Assembly: GCA_964035545.1 (NCBI GenBank)
Contig: OZ037765.1
Location: forward strand, 16,802,995 to 16,866,994
Reading direction: 5' to 3'
DNA: 64,000 nt
From: Bugula neritina
Taxonomy: Eukaryota; Animalia; Bryozoa
Shown: one piece after another, positions 1-13,384 of the stretch
Numbering within the stretch: position 1 is the first letter of the stretch
How the letters are laid out: the number at the start of each line of letters is the position of its first letter
Program-made: the position numbers and the translations under genes
The notes under the pieces: model-generated
What the model was told of the DNA's origin: nothing
The model's input: only the letters and a program-made list of their open reading frames with translations
Databases searched by the model: none

Positions 1-3000
1 TTTCTGGATATGAGTAATTTCTTATCTGCTACACAACAACCAAGCAAAAAGAAACCAATTATGATGAAAACTGAATAGACACACCATGCTAGAATATTAA
101 CCAAAGAATATTCTTTGAAAATCACTCAATTGAAGTTATTCTCTGCCATTGTGAGTGAGCACATAAATATAAATTTAGCCAGATTAACACAACATCTAAA
201 ATAGTAGGTGGTTAATGAAAACTCGATGAATATGGAAACAAAAAGTTTAGCTCCTAAAGTGCCCACAAGTCAACATAATGCAAATAGGAGATAGGCATAA
301 GCCAGCAATTCACCTTGAATTGTCTCAGATCCCATATTTTAATCAGACCATCATCTCCGCCACTAACTATAAATGGTTCATTAGCATTCCAACTAATAAC
401 GTTAATGTCTCTATTATGAGCTTCCTCGCACGTAAGCATACATGCTTTTGATGGGGTTGCCCTTGTGTCCCATATTCTTATACTTTTGTCCACAGAACAA
501 GATGCAAACACCTAGCAACATATAAATAGCCGTACACTCACAGATAAAGTCCAAAACATATTTTTCGTTATTACCTACAATATAGGCTGACTAATTACAA
601 TCTAAAGTTTACATTTATAAAATTGTATATAATCTCAGATGAAGGCAAGTGTACTTACAGTTGGTTCATTTGGTGACCACTGAATGTCCTCCACAGACGC
701 TGTGTGGCCTGTATAAGGTCGCTGATCAACACTCCAACTAGACGAGTCTTGTGGCTTCCACAGGTGTATATTCTTATTACAATCACCAGTCAGTAGCTGA
801 CCTATAATGAGACAACTTCCCTAATAATCACAGCGAGCAACAGAAAGAAAAGGGGGGGGGGGGTCTGAAAGTAAAAGATAAAAAAATTATTTTTAACATT
901 ATCTTTGACTACAGGTAAAATTTAAAATCATGGTGTGCAAGTTTAGGGTATAAAGTGGTTGCTTGAAGAGTTAAGGATGAACAATGAATAACATTTACCT
1001 GAAACTAACGGGCACCAGTCCATAGCAAAACCCTCCACTCCATGCCCGCTGAATGAAAATAATGGCTGTATGCTTTGTGTTTTACTAGTTTTATGATATT
1101 CAGCTAGAGCTTTGGGATCATTCACAACATCCAATGGTGTTGACAAGTCCCACACATACACGACTCCTCGTTCACACCAACTCGCTGCAACCGTCTTTCC
1201 ACCAATTTGACAAGCCTACCACATGCACATTTGAGACCATCAATATCAACAAGTTTAGGGTTGACACTAGTAAATCTCTTAACTCAAATAAAAAAGGGCT
1301 AGATACCTAAAGAACTACCAATACACACTTGTGCCCACACCTATACAAAAATAGCACAAACTCTGGGCGAGATCATCATGGTGTAATGAGTATGAGAACT
1401 GGGAAGTAATAAATTCCGCTTAGCATGAACATAGCACTGCTCTCAGAAGTCAAATAAATAAATATTTAATTCGCAACTTTAATACTTACAACTTTTTATT
1501 TATTAAATACTGCAATATTGAAAAACTGAAACTATAACATATCTCCACTACGTAACCCTGCAATATTGCATGTATAGAGAAACGTTGCAGATTTTATATA
1601 AAAACTGCACTACCTGTATATGAAAGCTTGTGATACTTCCAATAATGTAATCAAAACTTTGATTGGAGAGCATAACATACACCAAGTTAACTCAATCATG
1701 ATTGGATGGTACTAATAATGTGAAGGGAAATTTGGCTAGCATTATTATTCATTAGTTGCCATAATTTATGTTAAAATTTTTCTACATGTGGGTTATTGGA
1801 GAAGATTAATACAAGGCACCCTACCCTAATTCTGTTTACTGCTCCTAGAGGATGCTTAATTGGTGCAGCAGACAAGACTGGTAATTGAGAGTTGTCTTCT
1901 TCATTGTCACTTTCATCATCACTTCCTCCACTCTCCTCATTTGACTTCTCCTTGAACCTACGAACATGTAAAAATACAACTTATAGAAATCAAATTAAAT
2001 TGTGTCAGCTATTATGAGCAGCTATGATGGTAGTAACTGCAAATATAGCAGACAATTATTTAACCTGCTACATTTATAGAATGCAGATAAAATAAAAAGG
2101 GAACAAGCATATTCAACAATATAGACAATATAGATAACTTTATCGCTTTAGTTATATTTTGTGTCATATTTGACCAACATTAATATATGCAAGACCTACT
2201 GTGTGTCACTCAACACAGAAATTAATTTAATTTTGCAGGTAAAAATTTAGGTTGTCCCACATCACAATTGTTCACTCTACTCCCTAATACAACTGCAATC
2301 AAACCTGTGCATGTTGGATAACTTCATGACTATAACACTGTTAGTGTGACTTCGCTCAGCCTGAGTACCACAAACAAGATAGCTGGTCATAGGATACGAC
2401 TCTCTGCCTACCCCTAGTGGGTCTTCCAACACATCAAAGCTTAAGCAAGGAGCACCTTTAATAAAAGGACAAAACACAGTTTTTATCACAGGCTATCAAA
2501 CAACTCCAAATAACTAACTCATAGATTTTCTAGGGGGGAATAGGAAGAAAAATATAATGAAAAATTAATATAGTCTGAGTGAAACTTGCATATTGACTAA
2601 AATTATATTTTTTGGAACAAATCATTAACAAAAGATATGTACCGAATCATGCCCTACTTTGATTCAATTACATTGTATTAATTACCAACACAGAATACTT
2701 CTTTCTCAGAGTGTACGTACTATACTACCTGTGTGTGCTTTGTGTAACATTATATAGGCAGACTCATCTACGACCAGTTTGCTAGGTCGACAATCATCTT
2801 CCTCATCAACTTTTGATCCTGGCAAATAGACCCTAGAAGATCCGCTATCACCGATCATGCCCTAAAATTTGCATGCCCAATCTTGAAGTTCACGTGACAA
2901 CTACTATATGCTCATAAAAGCTAGCAAGAAAATAGCCCTAATAAAGTATTTTCCTACCTCTTCTTCTTGATTGCTAATGTCTTGGACTATTTCATCACTG

Positions 3001-3065
3001 TCACTTTCTTCACAGCCGATATCCATATCCTCTTCACTGCTGGTCCTATCATCATACTCATCCAT
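1..3065 (-). CDS. GRWD1: Glutamate-rich WD repeat protein 1 (Rrb1/GRWD1), 5' part; gene continues beyond left edge
   Basis: Phase-consistent GT-AG exons 3065-2958, 2861-2729, 2455-2305, 1957-1825, 1215-999, 801-659, 511-314, 28-<1. Acidic N-terminus, then VYLPG...[72 protein letters not shown]...[16 protein letters not shown], all typical of GRWD1. Confidence 0.93.
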
Positions 3066-4364
3066 TGTAGTAGAACCTACAAGTTCCTGTAGAGTGTAAT
3101 TCAATCTGATGAATTAGGAGAGCATGGAACATGAATTGGAAATGACTACTAAGTAAAACCATTATACTATGCCGACATATTTTTTAGTCTGGTATAACAG
3201 AAAATAAACTACAGATGCGTGCAGGGCTACCGCTGTCTCAACAATGAACTCTAGAACAGCAAATTTGAAACTACTATTTATTGCAAATTTTAATGTTCGC
3301 GGGCTTTGCTCATTTATAAAAACAGAATAAAATTACAAAATATTTCCATGTACCAGTAGAATAACAAAAATTTTAAAGCACTCACTAAACTTTTTGATAT
3401 TTTTAATGTTTAAATATAGTATTTAGACATAATTTTCAATAATTGACTAATATAAACCTTGCACGTTAATCAAATGACACCTATGTCTGAAATATAAAAC
3501 AGGTGACAAAATAATTTGCAAGACAATGGTTTTAACAATGTAAACAGTGTGTTTCTTGAAAGTGTTTTATAACTCATGCTGGGAATTAGACTTGATGGTT
3601 TTAATGTGGTATAGGAGCAATTTTGACAAATATAATACAAATACAATGGGGAACATGTTAATCTTACTAGAGCTAATACTAATAAGCTGAAAGCCTTATT
3701 ACTACTAAGCCACAATTATTAGCTGTGTCAGTTGTAGCATTTACTTGGCCTAAATGTGATACCTACACTGACACTAGACATGACTCTGACTAATAGTAAT
3801 AACTATAGACATGGGATAATCATAGTGATAGTGATAGACTTATACTTGAAGTAAATCTATAAAATTAAATGTAATCATCCTAATTAGTATATTTAATCAG
3901 TATATACAAATTGAATTATAATAATATTATATTATATTATTAAATTTGCAATGATTTTTTAAATATATTTATAATTTTATTATAATTATTATTATTATTA
4001 TATAAATATTAAATATAATTAAAATTTATAAACAGTAAACATTTACAGTGTTTATAAAATTAAATATAACAAAAAATAAAAGCATTAGCCATGAAATTTA
4101 ATTATTATGATTATATTATCATTATGATTATGAATATCAATATGATTATCATTAAGTTTAACTCGACTGTGAAATAATAATAAACATTATGACTATCAAA
4201 ATCATAATGATAAAAACTAAACTTAAACTTAAAGTTCGGTTAAAGTTAAACGATAATCATAAACCTGATACTATCAGTGATAGTCATAGTCATAGTGATT
4301 AAAAGGCACAGTGACACTGACTGAGTCAGAGTGTGACACTGACAGTCTCAGTGCTAGAAATCAC

Positions 4365-4620
4365 CAAATCCGGGTCATAAATTTGAAAAATAACTCCTGA
4401 CAACGATAATACACTTCTTCGTCATAATTAGTACTTAAATAAAGATGACAGAACTGGAGTCAGCGTGATAAACATCAACATGAACACGGCGTAACCATTA
4501 GGCCTTGCAGTTGCTCATGACTCATGAGGCAGTGTGCTCAAGCATTGAATTGAACGGAAGTTCGTTACAACGATCAGTGAGTTAGTCGCTGTTATTGTAT
4601 TTAGGGCGCTCCGATCGTAA
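4365..4620. promoter_or_regulatory. Probable GRWD1 promoter / non-coding first exon (CpG-enriched patch)
   Basis: Local CpG cluster in an otherwise CpG-poor region, ETS-like ACGGAAGT (~4554), AP-1 TGACTCA (~4518), possible minus-strand donor TTG|GTGATT near 4364. The coding exon has an acceptor at 3087, so an upstream exon is expected. Confidence 0.4.
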
Positions 4621-5240
4621 TACTACAGTATATATTATTATTAGGTATTATATTATTATGAAACTTTTTTATGTGTCGCAGCTTTAGCTGTTGTAGTATC
4701 TTACTAGACTGGAATGAAAAATACTTTTCTCAAATGAAATCTGCTTCTAGCAGAGCTGTTCTGTTTGAGTGCAGTAGTGAAAAAGTTTAGTAGCCCAAGC
4801 TATGTGTATGAACTTTGATTAAAAAATTCTCAAAGAACATAACTCTGTTTGCCAGAATGTTCTATATCAAACATGACAGTTGCTGCAAGGGTGGAGGCTT
4901 AGCCAATTATTTGTATGGAAAAACAGTTTGTAATTATGCTGTTTGACCATCCATTTTAGAAATTACTGTTATGCAGAAAGTTTTGGTTAAAACTATCAGC
5001 AGCTCAGAATTGAGAAGTTTAGGCTTTAGAATTTTATGTGCAAGTATGGAATTTGTAAATTTTAGGAATGCGATTGTGCATTATTACAGTTACCCTGAGC
5101 CTCCCAATTCTTAGGTAAAAGTGCTAGATTGTTAAGTTTTAATGGCTAATAAAATGTCTTAATGCTCAAGTTGGGATATATTGTAGTGGCTGTGGGAAGT
5201 ATACCCCTCAGTACCCCCTGCCTGAATAACTGTATTATAT

Positions 5241-5539
5241 TATGAGGCACAAAGTTCCAAGGGACTACAAATCCATAGCGATGCCGCAACTCCATACGTC
5301 AATACCGCCAGAATCCTATACTATTCAATCAGGACCAGCCTCTTGGACATAAGTAGCGCCTTCCAGCGCCTAGCCTCAGTGAGAGGATAACTGTCGACTA
5401 ACTAAGTTACTAGTGTAACTATTCTTAAGTTGTACTCTTTTTGCTATGTTCTATATGACTCTGTTTGTATATAATTAGAATATCAATACAGTTCCTTCTT
5501 TGAAACGTCAACTATTTTGGTTCTTCACATAACCTCATA
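5241..5539. mobile_element. Possible solo LTR or small terminal-inverted-repeat element remnant
   Basis: ~300 bp GC-richer block bounded by inverted termini TATGAGG...CCTCATA, with AATACA near the 3' end; no TSD seen. Confidence 0.25.
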
Positions 5540-6499
5540 GTGGACATGCAGTAATTATTGATGCATCCAATAACAACCCCCTTCGTTGTGCATAAAACTA
5601 CAACAATATTATGATGTTTTTAACTTTTTTTGCAAAAAATAAGTTGTGGGTCCTTAATTAGAACACTAGAATGCTATATTTATTTATTTTTGTGCTGTAA
5701 CCATAATTAGTTGCAAAAATGTTATATGTTTTACACAAAACAAGTTTGCAGAGCCTACGCTCAAGATTGATCCTATATTTTGGATTGATGGCACAGAAGA
5801 ATAGAAAGCCTTAACATCAGATGAGACAACTAGTTATGTAGGTACATAAACTATTAATGCAACAGTAGGTTTTGACAAGTGATTTTATGATTACTGCAAG
5901 TGGAGATGCATTGTTTTTAATTTATAAATATATGTTGAAACGATGATTGGTAGAATGAATTACCACATATATTATGTTTTATTATAGTCCATATTAGAAA
6001 ATAAGAATTACTTCATTTGCATGAAATCTTTTTTTTTTATTTTGTACAATTATACTAAGATTTATTTCAAAGCAACTGATTTTTCTGTATACAATAAAAC
6101 AAGCTTGAGAAAATAGTTTTAATTCATCACTTATCATAAAAAAAACATATTTCTCAGCAGAAATGAACTTTTTAGCAAGATATTTTAAAAAGACTTTTAA
6201 AAAAAAGTACATATGCTAATTAGTTACCCAAATCAACTGAAATTACAGTTGTGTAGAAGTAAATTTCACTCTCATTCTGATTTTGCTCTGCACAAGATGT
6301 GTATAGGCTATACACAAACTCCAAGTTAGGGCACTTGAGAAATGTTGTTTTCTTATCACCATGTTACATAAACGCTCGACTCATAGTTTTTAATGGTTTG
6401 AGGCTTTGAGCACATGTGCCAAAACCGGTTAGACTAAGTTTTAACGCTAAGGTTAAGCGACATGAAGTTAGAATGATCTCAAATAGACGAAGTTGCAGT

Positions 6500-6700
6500 T
6501 CAATCACCCGTGAGTAGAAAAGCGAGCGCTACACGATTGGCTGACTGGAGCAGCACATTGATGTCTCTCATCGTCCCAATTGGCCAAATAAAATATAGGT
6601 CACTAAAGAGAGACAAGCCGCAAGTAGTGTTGTGTTGCTGTCATAAGACCATGATGATGAAGTGACTGCACGACATAAGGTGTGCTGCCTTAATCTTAGG
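6500..6700 (+). promoter_or_regulatory. Probable promoter and non-coding first exon of the + strand ZAD/piggyBac-finger gene
   Basis: CpG-containing patch with CCAAT boxes (GATTGG ~6535, CCAATTGGCCAA ~6576) followed by a donor-like junction (AG GTAATA, ~6700). Confidence 0.45.
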
Positions 6701-9235
6701 TAATACTTCATTTTATAGTTAATGCTATACTAATACTATCTGTAAGTCAAAGTAAAAGTGAAGGCAAATGTTGAGTTTCTTCAGTTGATTGCTCATTACT
6801 GATACCAAGTTCAGTAACTATAACTATAAGTATAAGTATTAGTAGAACTAAACTGATAACTTATCACTATCACTATCACTATGACTATGAGTATGACTAT
6901 CAGTTATCAATTACATTAGTCTTAGTGATAAGTCTAACTGTAAGTGTAACTCTCACACTAACACTCACTGTGGTGTGTAAGTCAAAGTGTAACAGAGTAA
7001 TACTAATACTTATACTCAGTAATACTAATAGTAATAGACATAAGACAATAGTACTAGTAGTACAGTAACTGAGTAAGTGTAACTCAATCTGTAAGTGCAA
7101 CAGTGATACTGATAATCATAATACACTTACGCTTACAGCTAATGCTATTGTTAATCATTAATGTTAATGTTTATGTTAGTCATATTGTTATAACTTGTGG
7201 TTATACTTATACTAATACTTATACTTATACTTATAGTCATACTACTACTAGTACTAGTTTATTACTACTACTAGTACTAGTACTAGTAATATTAATCTAA
7301 TATTGGGCCTTAATTTTTTTTATTTAACATGAAATAAATTTAGTAACTAAATATAATGTTAAATTTAATAAATATAATCATAATCATAATGTTAATCAAT
7401 CATAAAGTGGTAATGATAATGTCAATGTGCCAATGATTTTTATTATAATCATTATGATTATTATTATGATTAAATGCTACAGATTATAATAATAAATCGA
7501 AGTAATATTTTATTTATTATTATAGTGTTTTGCTTTTGGTTTTACTATTAGTATTATTAATAATATTAGTTAATAGTAATATAAGTATACTCATTATCAT
7601 TACTATTAATAATATTAGTATAACATTAATGATTAACTAGTAGTGGTACTGCCACTGGTAGTGGTATAATTAATTGTAATACTAATAATAATACTATGAA
7701 TAACTATGATTAACCAAGTATAACTTAAAATTAGTATTACTATTATGGTCATATTTAAAGTGATATTTAGTTTTATAATTATTGGTATAGCTATAAAATT
7801 TATAATTGTAATTAAATTATAGGCTAAGGCTAATTATATGGTTCATCATTATGATTATCATAATAATGCCTTAGTTATTAGACAAAGACAACACAGGCAC
7901 TATCAGTATCAGTGAGTGTAACTGTCAGTATCACTATGACTGTGAATATGTGTAAACAACACTCACACTGACTGATGGTAACACTAACAGCGATAGTAAT
8001 GCTAACAATATGAGTATTACTTTACTAGCAATAGTATTAGTTATTGTGGCTTATAATGATGGTATTACTATTAGTATTAGGTCATGTTGTAGCAATTAAA
8101 TTTAGCACAGCAAGCTCAAGTATAACTGTAAAATTCCTATTCAATTATTGGCAGTCGTATTTCAAGTCAATAAATCACTATAAGTAAATTTTGCTGACAG
8201 GAATATTTTGTTACAATGATAGTGGTGGTGATGATAATAATTATAGAAATGCTATTTTATTTTAAATAAGAATATAAACATTTTTATTGTTATTGAATAA
8301 TGATTAAATTATAGATCTTTCTAGTTATAGTTGATATTAGTCACATTTACAGTGCTTACCTATTACCTATTAATATGATTATAGTTCATTGTAATATATG
8401 AAATCAAAATTTGAAGCTGCAATAGTTAAATTTAAAGTTTAGATTTTAGTGTTTTTAATAATGTTCACTTGTTATTTTTCAACTTTGAAATCACCAAATA
8501 TAATTATTTCTTAGTGATAGTACCACTTATTTATAAAACCTTATAATACTCAAACATACTTATTATCATTATGATGAAGATGGCAATTGCTTGTTAGTCT
8601 ATTCAATAAGTTTAATGGCTCGTGAGTATTACAATATCATCAACATAAGTATGAACATAAAATGCAAATAATATTATCATTGATAAATTGAATTGTCATG
8701 ATGTTAACTGTTGATTACTACAATAATGATTATAATTATCACAGAAAAATTCGACTCAGTCATATCAGCTACATTTAAAATCGGTTATGATTAATAATTT
8801 CTGAAAGTTGGTATAATTACAACTCTAATAGTTAGTTTTGACCATCATTGAAATGTACATTTAGGTAGTTTTATATTATTTAAAATGAAAATTATCAGCT
8901 ATTCCAGTAGTTGGAGTACAATAATATGGATGTTTTAAATTATTGATAACACTAATATTCAGTATGCCCAAGTGTTTAGAATCTTTATCTGTCGTAGCCT
9001 TCATTTTTCTGCTGCCAAATCAAAATATTTTCTCATTCCTCACAGTTTTTCCTGCTGTTTACAAAGCTGTGCACTTTCAAACAAATGTTATATATTCTAA
9101 ATTTTAATGTTTGGTTGATGACTCTATCTGCTCACTAGATTCTCCATAAAGCTTAATATAGCTTATAAAAAACAAATTATTAGTATTGTTTTTAATGCTG
9201 TAGCCCAGATAAGTGCTGCTGTAACTTTAGTCAAA

Positions 9236-9367
9236 CGGGTTTCTGTGTTTCGTACACTAACTACTGTACACAAAATGAATAATGAATCCACTCCAAACCC
9301 AAATAATAAATAAATATCGAAAATATGTATATTGATGTGTATCTGAAAAAGTGGGTACGAAATGACC
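9236..9367. mobile_element. Degenerate MITE-like element (same family as 44810-45186)
   Basis: Inverted motifs TTTCGTACAC ... GTACGAAATGACC plus internal similarity (ACACAAAATgAATAATgAATC) to the copy at 44.8-45.2 kb. Confidence 0.4.
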
Positions 9368-12300
9368 TTCACCCAATCAAAAGTACCATAGGAATGGCAA
9401 GTAACAAGAGATCAACTGCCTAAAATATTCATCTTTTTATTTGAATTTCTCCAAACTGCTTTTCATTGCTTGCTATTACTGTTTTGCATTCTTTCATATT
9501 TCATTCCAAAAGTGTTTTGGTGCTGTCTGAGATCTTTATTAACTTACAAGTGTGGGGGCCATCCCATATGGCTTACAATAATCTTCCCGGGTGTGTGTCC
9601 AAGTTAACTATTCACCACCATTGGCTGTATTTCTATCTGTGCATGTTCTCTTTTTGTAGTCTAACAAGCTGTATTATTCAACCGTACACACCCTCAATCG
9701 TAGCCATTTCACGCTGCATTTTTTTCTGCTAACATTACAGTGCTGTACGCATTTTATTTTTGGTAGAATGCACCATTTATTGTTATAATTTTTGTAATTG
9801 CTGTTATTGGCACAATTTTACTCAATAGGAATAAAAACAAAAAACAAAGCAAATTCATTTAAAAAAATTATTGTCATTGGGTTGGTTACCAAAAAGCTTA
9901 TGACTGAATTTCAATTACATAATTCTAGAAGGAAAACGGTAATTTCATAGCAAAGCAGAGCTGCTAAATAAATCATTGATATAAAAAGTACACATTACCA
10001 AAAGTGTTTTACTACATCACGATTTTTCCAATTCTGGTTTGGAAAACTTTTGGAACTTTAAATTGACATTTGCTATTATGTACCATTGCAATATCTTCTG
10101 CAACATCATTTTTGCTAGTAAATTGCTTATTGTTCCTAGGTTTAATAAATATCATTATAAGCTGCATACTATAAAATTAACAGCATCTTTCATAATTCAG
10201 ATTTATAGTTACCATTCGTTTGTGATAATTTTGCAAATAAAGAACTTTTGTATAAAACCTTATTTTTAGCTTAATTTGAAACAGTTGCTTATCATTAACC
10301 CAGAGCTTTCAATTGCATCTGTTCACACAAGGGAGTTAATTATTAATTACTTCAACTGAACTAATGGTATTATTTAACTTGAAGTAAGAATTTTAATGGT
10401 TTACAGGAAAATAGAGTGTCTGATAAATTATTAAATCCTGAACATCAAGTGTTATATTTCAACACTCAATTTGCTAAACAGTAATGAGTTATAACTTGGC
10501 AGTCGTAAATTGAAATTCAATAGTCTATTCGTCCTGTTATTAGAATAAATTGATATTTTTTCCCAAAATGTTTGCCAAAAAAAAGAATTATGACAAAATT
10601 ATATTGTGGTTTTTCCTACTACGCAAAAACATTAAGAAAGTAAAATGGCTGGTTGTAACTTTGCACACCTTCAACTTCATTGAAAGTAATATAATCTATG
10701 CCCATAAAATACATTATTTACAAATTTCCCTTATAAAAATTCACTATATTTTAACAAACTCAAGAATCTTGCAAAGTTGGGATAAACTATTTTTAGTTAG
10801 TTTTATTTGGAGTTGAAGCAGCGGGATAATTTTGTTTATTTGAAACATGTTAGTCAAAACTGTCAAAATTAAAATTGGTGAAGAAACTTTCACCAGTCAA
10901 CTGCACATTGCAACCAAATTTCCCAACGGTAACTTTCCCTTGAAAGCAGATAATTATGCCAACTGATAATGTAAGCAGCTTCTCAGAGTGGCTCAGATCA
11001 TTTGATAAAAACTGAGTGAATACCTCACAGCAGTTTATTGTTAACAGTTTTTACCTTGAATGTCAACAAAAAATTCGAGTTCAGAGCCAAGTCCATTTTA
11101 TTGGATTTTTTTTTCTCTACGTTAGTTAATATGATATACTACAAAATATACTACAAGCTATAACAATTATGATGTAAATATGTTATTCTCTATAGCTGTT
11201 TAGATTATTCAACATACTCACTCTAAATGAAACAACTAATCTTGAAATATTTTGTTATGTATATGTATGTTTTATTATATATCTGCCGAAGCAATTATTG
11301 TAAGCTGTAGTTCCTTTTGCCAAAGATATTTTAAATTTTTAAGCTTCAAATAGTTAAACTAATAATATTTTCTAATTTTTTTGATATATTTATTAAAGTT
11401 TTACAATTCCACTACATGAACAGGACAAAGCGGAGATGGGTGAGAAAGATTGAAGTTGTACAATTGAAGTCTTTGCAGCTTCAAAGTTAATAACGTCTTA
11501 GACATGTAACAAGTTTTGCGTTAAAATATTGGAATCCATACAGTGGAACATGAAATTATTAGTTAGTTGAAGGATTGCTGGGCTAACTTGAATATTTCTG
11601 CTTGAATAATGTACTTATGTATTATACTTTATGCTCTGTTTTACAATTTATGATGACAGAGTTTATTCTTTGTATAGAAAATGAAAAGAAAAGTTACCAC
11701 CAGCTGAGGTCTGTCTCCATCTCTTTGAATAATTGTATTAGACAAAGGAAAAGTAACACAAGCAATCAAGTCTGAAGTCTTCCCCTATATGGAAATTTAG
11801 AAAGTTGAAATGGCCTGGTAAGTTGGATTACCTTTTAGAAGCTAAATATGCATGCTTGTAATATTCTTATAACCTGGTAGCATTTTTATTTCAAACAAAA
11901 TGTTATTATGTACTCTGTTGTGTAATATTAAGTATTATATTGCTCAAATTAACAAATTTCAATTGTAAAACAAATTTGAAATATTTGAATTGTGCGACAT
12001 TAGTTTTTTAATTCTTTCAGTTTATAAAAGTTCATTCAGCCAGACAACTGAAAACTTTAAATTATACCGCAAATTTGAAAACATGGTCTATGCTTGACAG
12101 GATTGCATTTGTATGCATCTAAAATTTATCTGATCATTTGGTGTAAAAATTTCTATAGCTAATAAAAGCTTCCTCCCTCTTAAATGACTGCAGTTGGAAC
12201 TTTTAATTATACATAATTTAAAGCTTAAACTGAGCCCAGTGTGAGAATAGAAAACAGGCTGGAGTTTTATGTAAAGAGATCATTGAAACCTTATTTTTCC

Positions 12301-13384
12301 CACATTTTAAACCACGTGATAGAGGGTAAGATAAATCTTAATAAACTTGAACCCTAATGAATATTAAATAGTTTCATGTTATTTACCAATACCAGTTGTA
12401 GGATGTTACACCAAATATTAGTTGCAATATTGTCCAATTGTTGCCAATGTATGGAGCTGTAGCAATGAACACTTGAGTGTAAAAGTGCTCCTGCAGATTT
12501 TATGAACAAAGTATCCCCCATTCTTTTGCCAGAAAGCTCAACAACCAGGAACTTATCTCCACTTGATATAAGCTTACAAACTGTAAAATGCATCTGTCTT
12601 CCTTTTGCTTCCTTATGTTGTCCTTATGTTTTTTCACAACCACTACAGTTGGAAATTAGAACGTGCAAATATGTCTCCCAAGATACAGTTAATGTTTTGT
12701 GTTCTGTAAAATTAATTATCTGATTGGGTTATGCATATCCAGCTGGAAACCAATTCTAAGTTAGCAAGGACATGCAATTCCATGTTGTGTTGTATCCATA
12801 ACTTGTAACTGAGCACAGCTGCTTTCATTGATGAGAATTTTTCGAATTGTTGAAAATGCATCAAGTTCGGACCAAAATTGGATTTAAGTTTCTAGAAAAA
12901 GTCTTGAGGAAGCATTTAGGATGGTAACAGTTGTTAACCATGTTGTTGTTCTGATTGAAGCAAACCCAAGCTGTTGGGATGAGGAAATCATTTTGTAATT
13001 TGATGATGATGTTGTGGGGCATTAGACCATGACCAGGCTGTAAATATAGATAGAGCTGAAGATTAATCACACCATAGTCATGTTATTTGGTATACTACTA
13101 TTCATTTTCCTCTGGTTATGATGACTCTACCATACTGAGTGTTAAGATGATAAGCTCTAGCAGCCTGTCACATTCTATGGATAATGATCGACTTGAGAGC
13201 AACGACTTGTACTAGTAGTTTATCACAGGGTTGTAATTGCACCAACACCGCTTCTGTGAATACTCTTAACACCATGAATATGGATCATGACTGGTATTAC
13301 AAATGGTTATTATTCTCTCACCTTCAGACTAGAGACTGGCAGCATCAACTTCTTTCGAACTCTGTGAGATCTGCATCAAACGAG

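Noticed and set aside
4440-4530. Possible C/D snoRNA or other ncRNA in the CpG patch
   Set aside because: No convincing RUGAUGA/CUGA pair with a terminal stem; a promoter explains it better.
3470-13070. Numerous 60-90 aa hydrophobic ORFs here and in 38-45 kb
   Set aside because: AT-rich or low-complexity chance ORFs, often with non-ATG starts, no domains and no splice-phase support.
13184-13327. ORF-track start at 13184 for the ZAD-like gene
   Set aside because: A strong acceptor at 13327 (TTCTCTCACCTTCAG) suggests the upstream part is intron; ATG 13385 precedes the domain.
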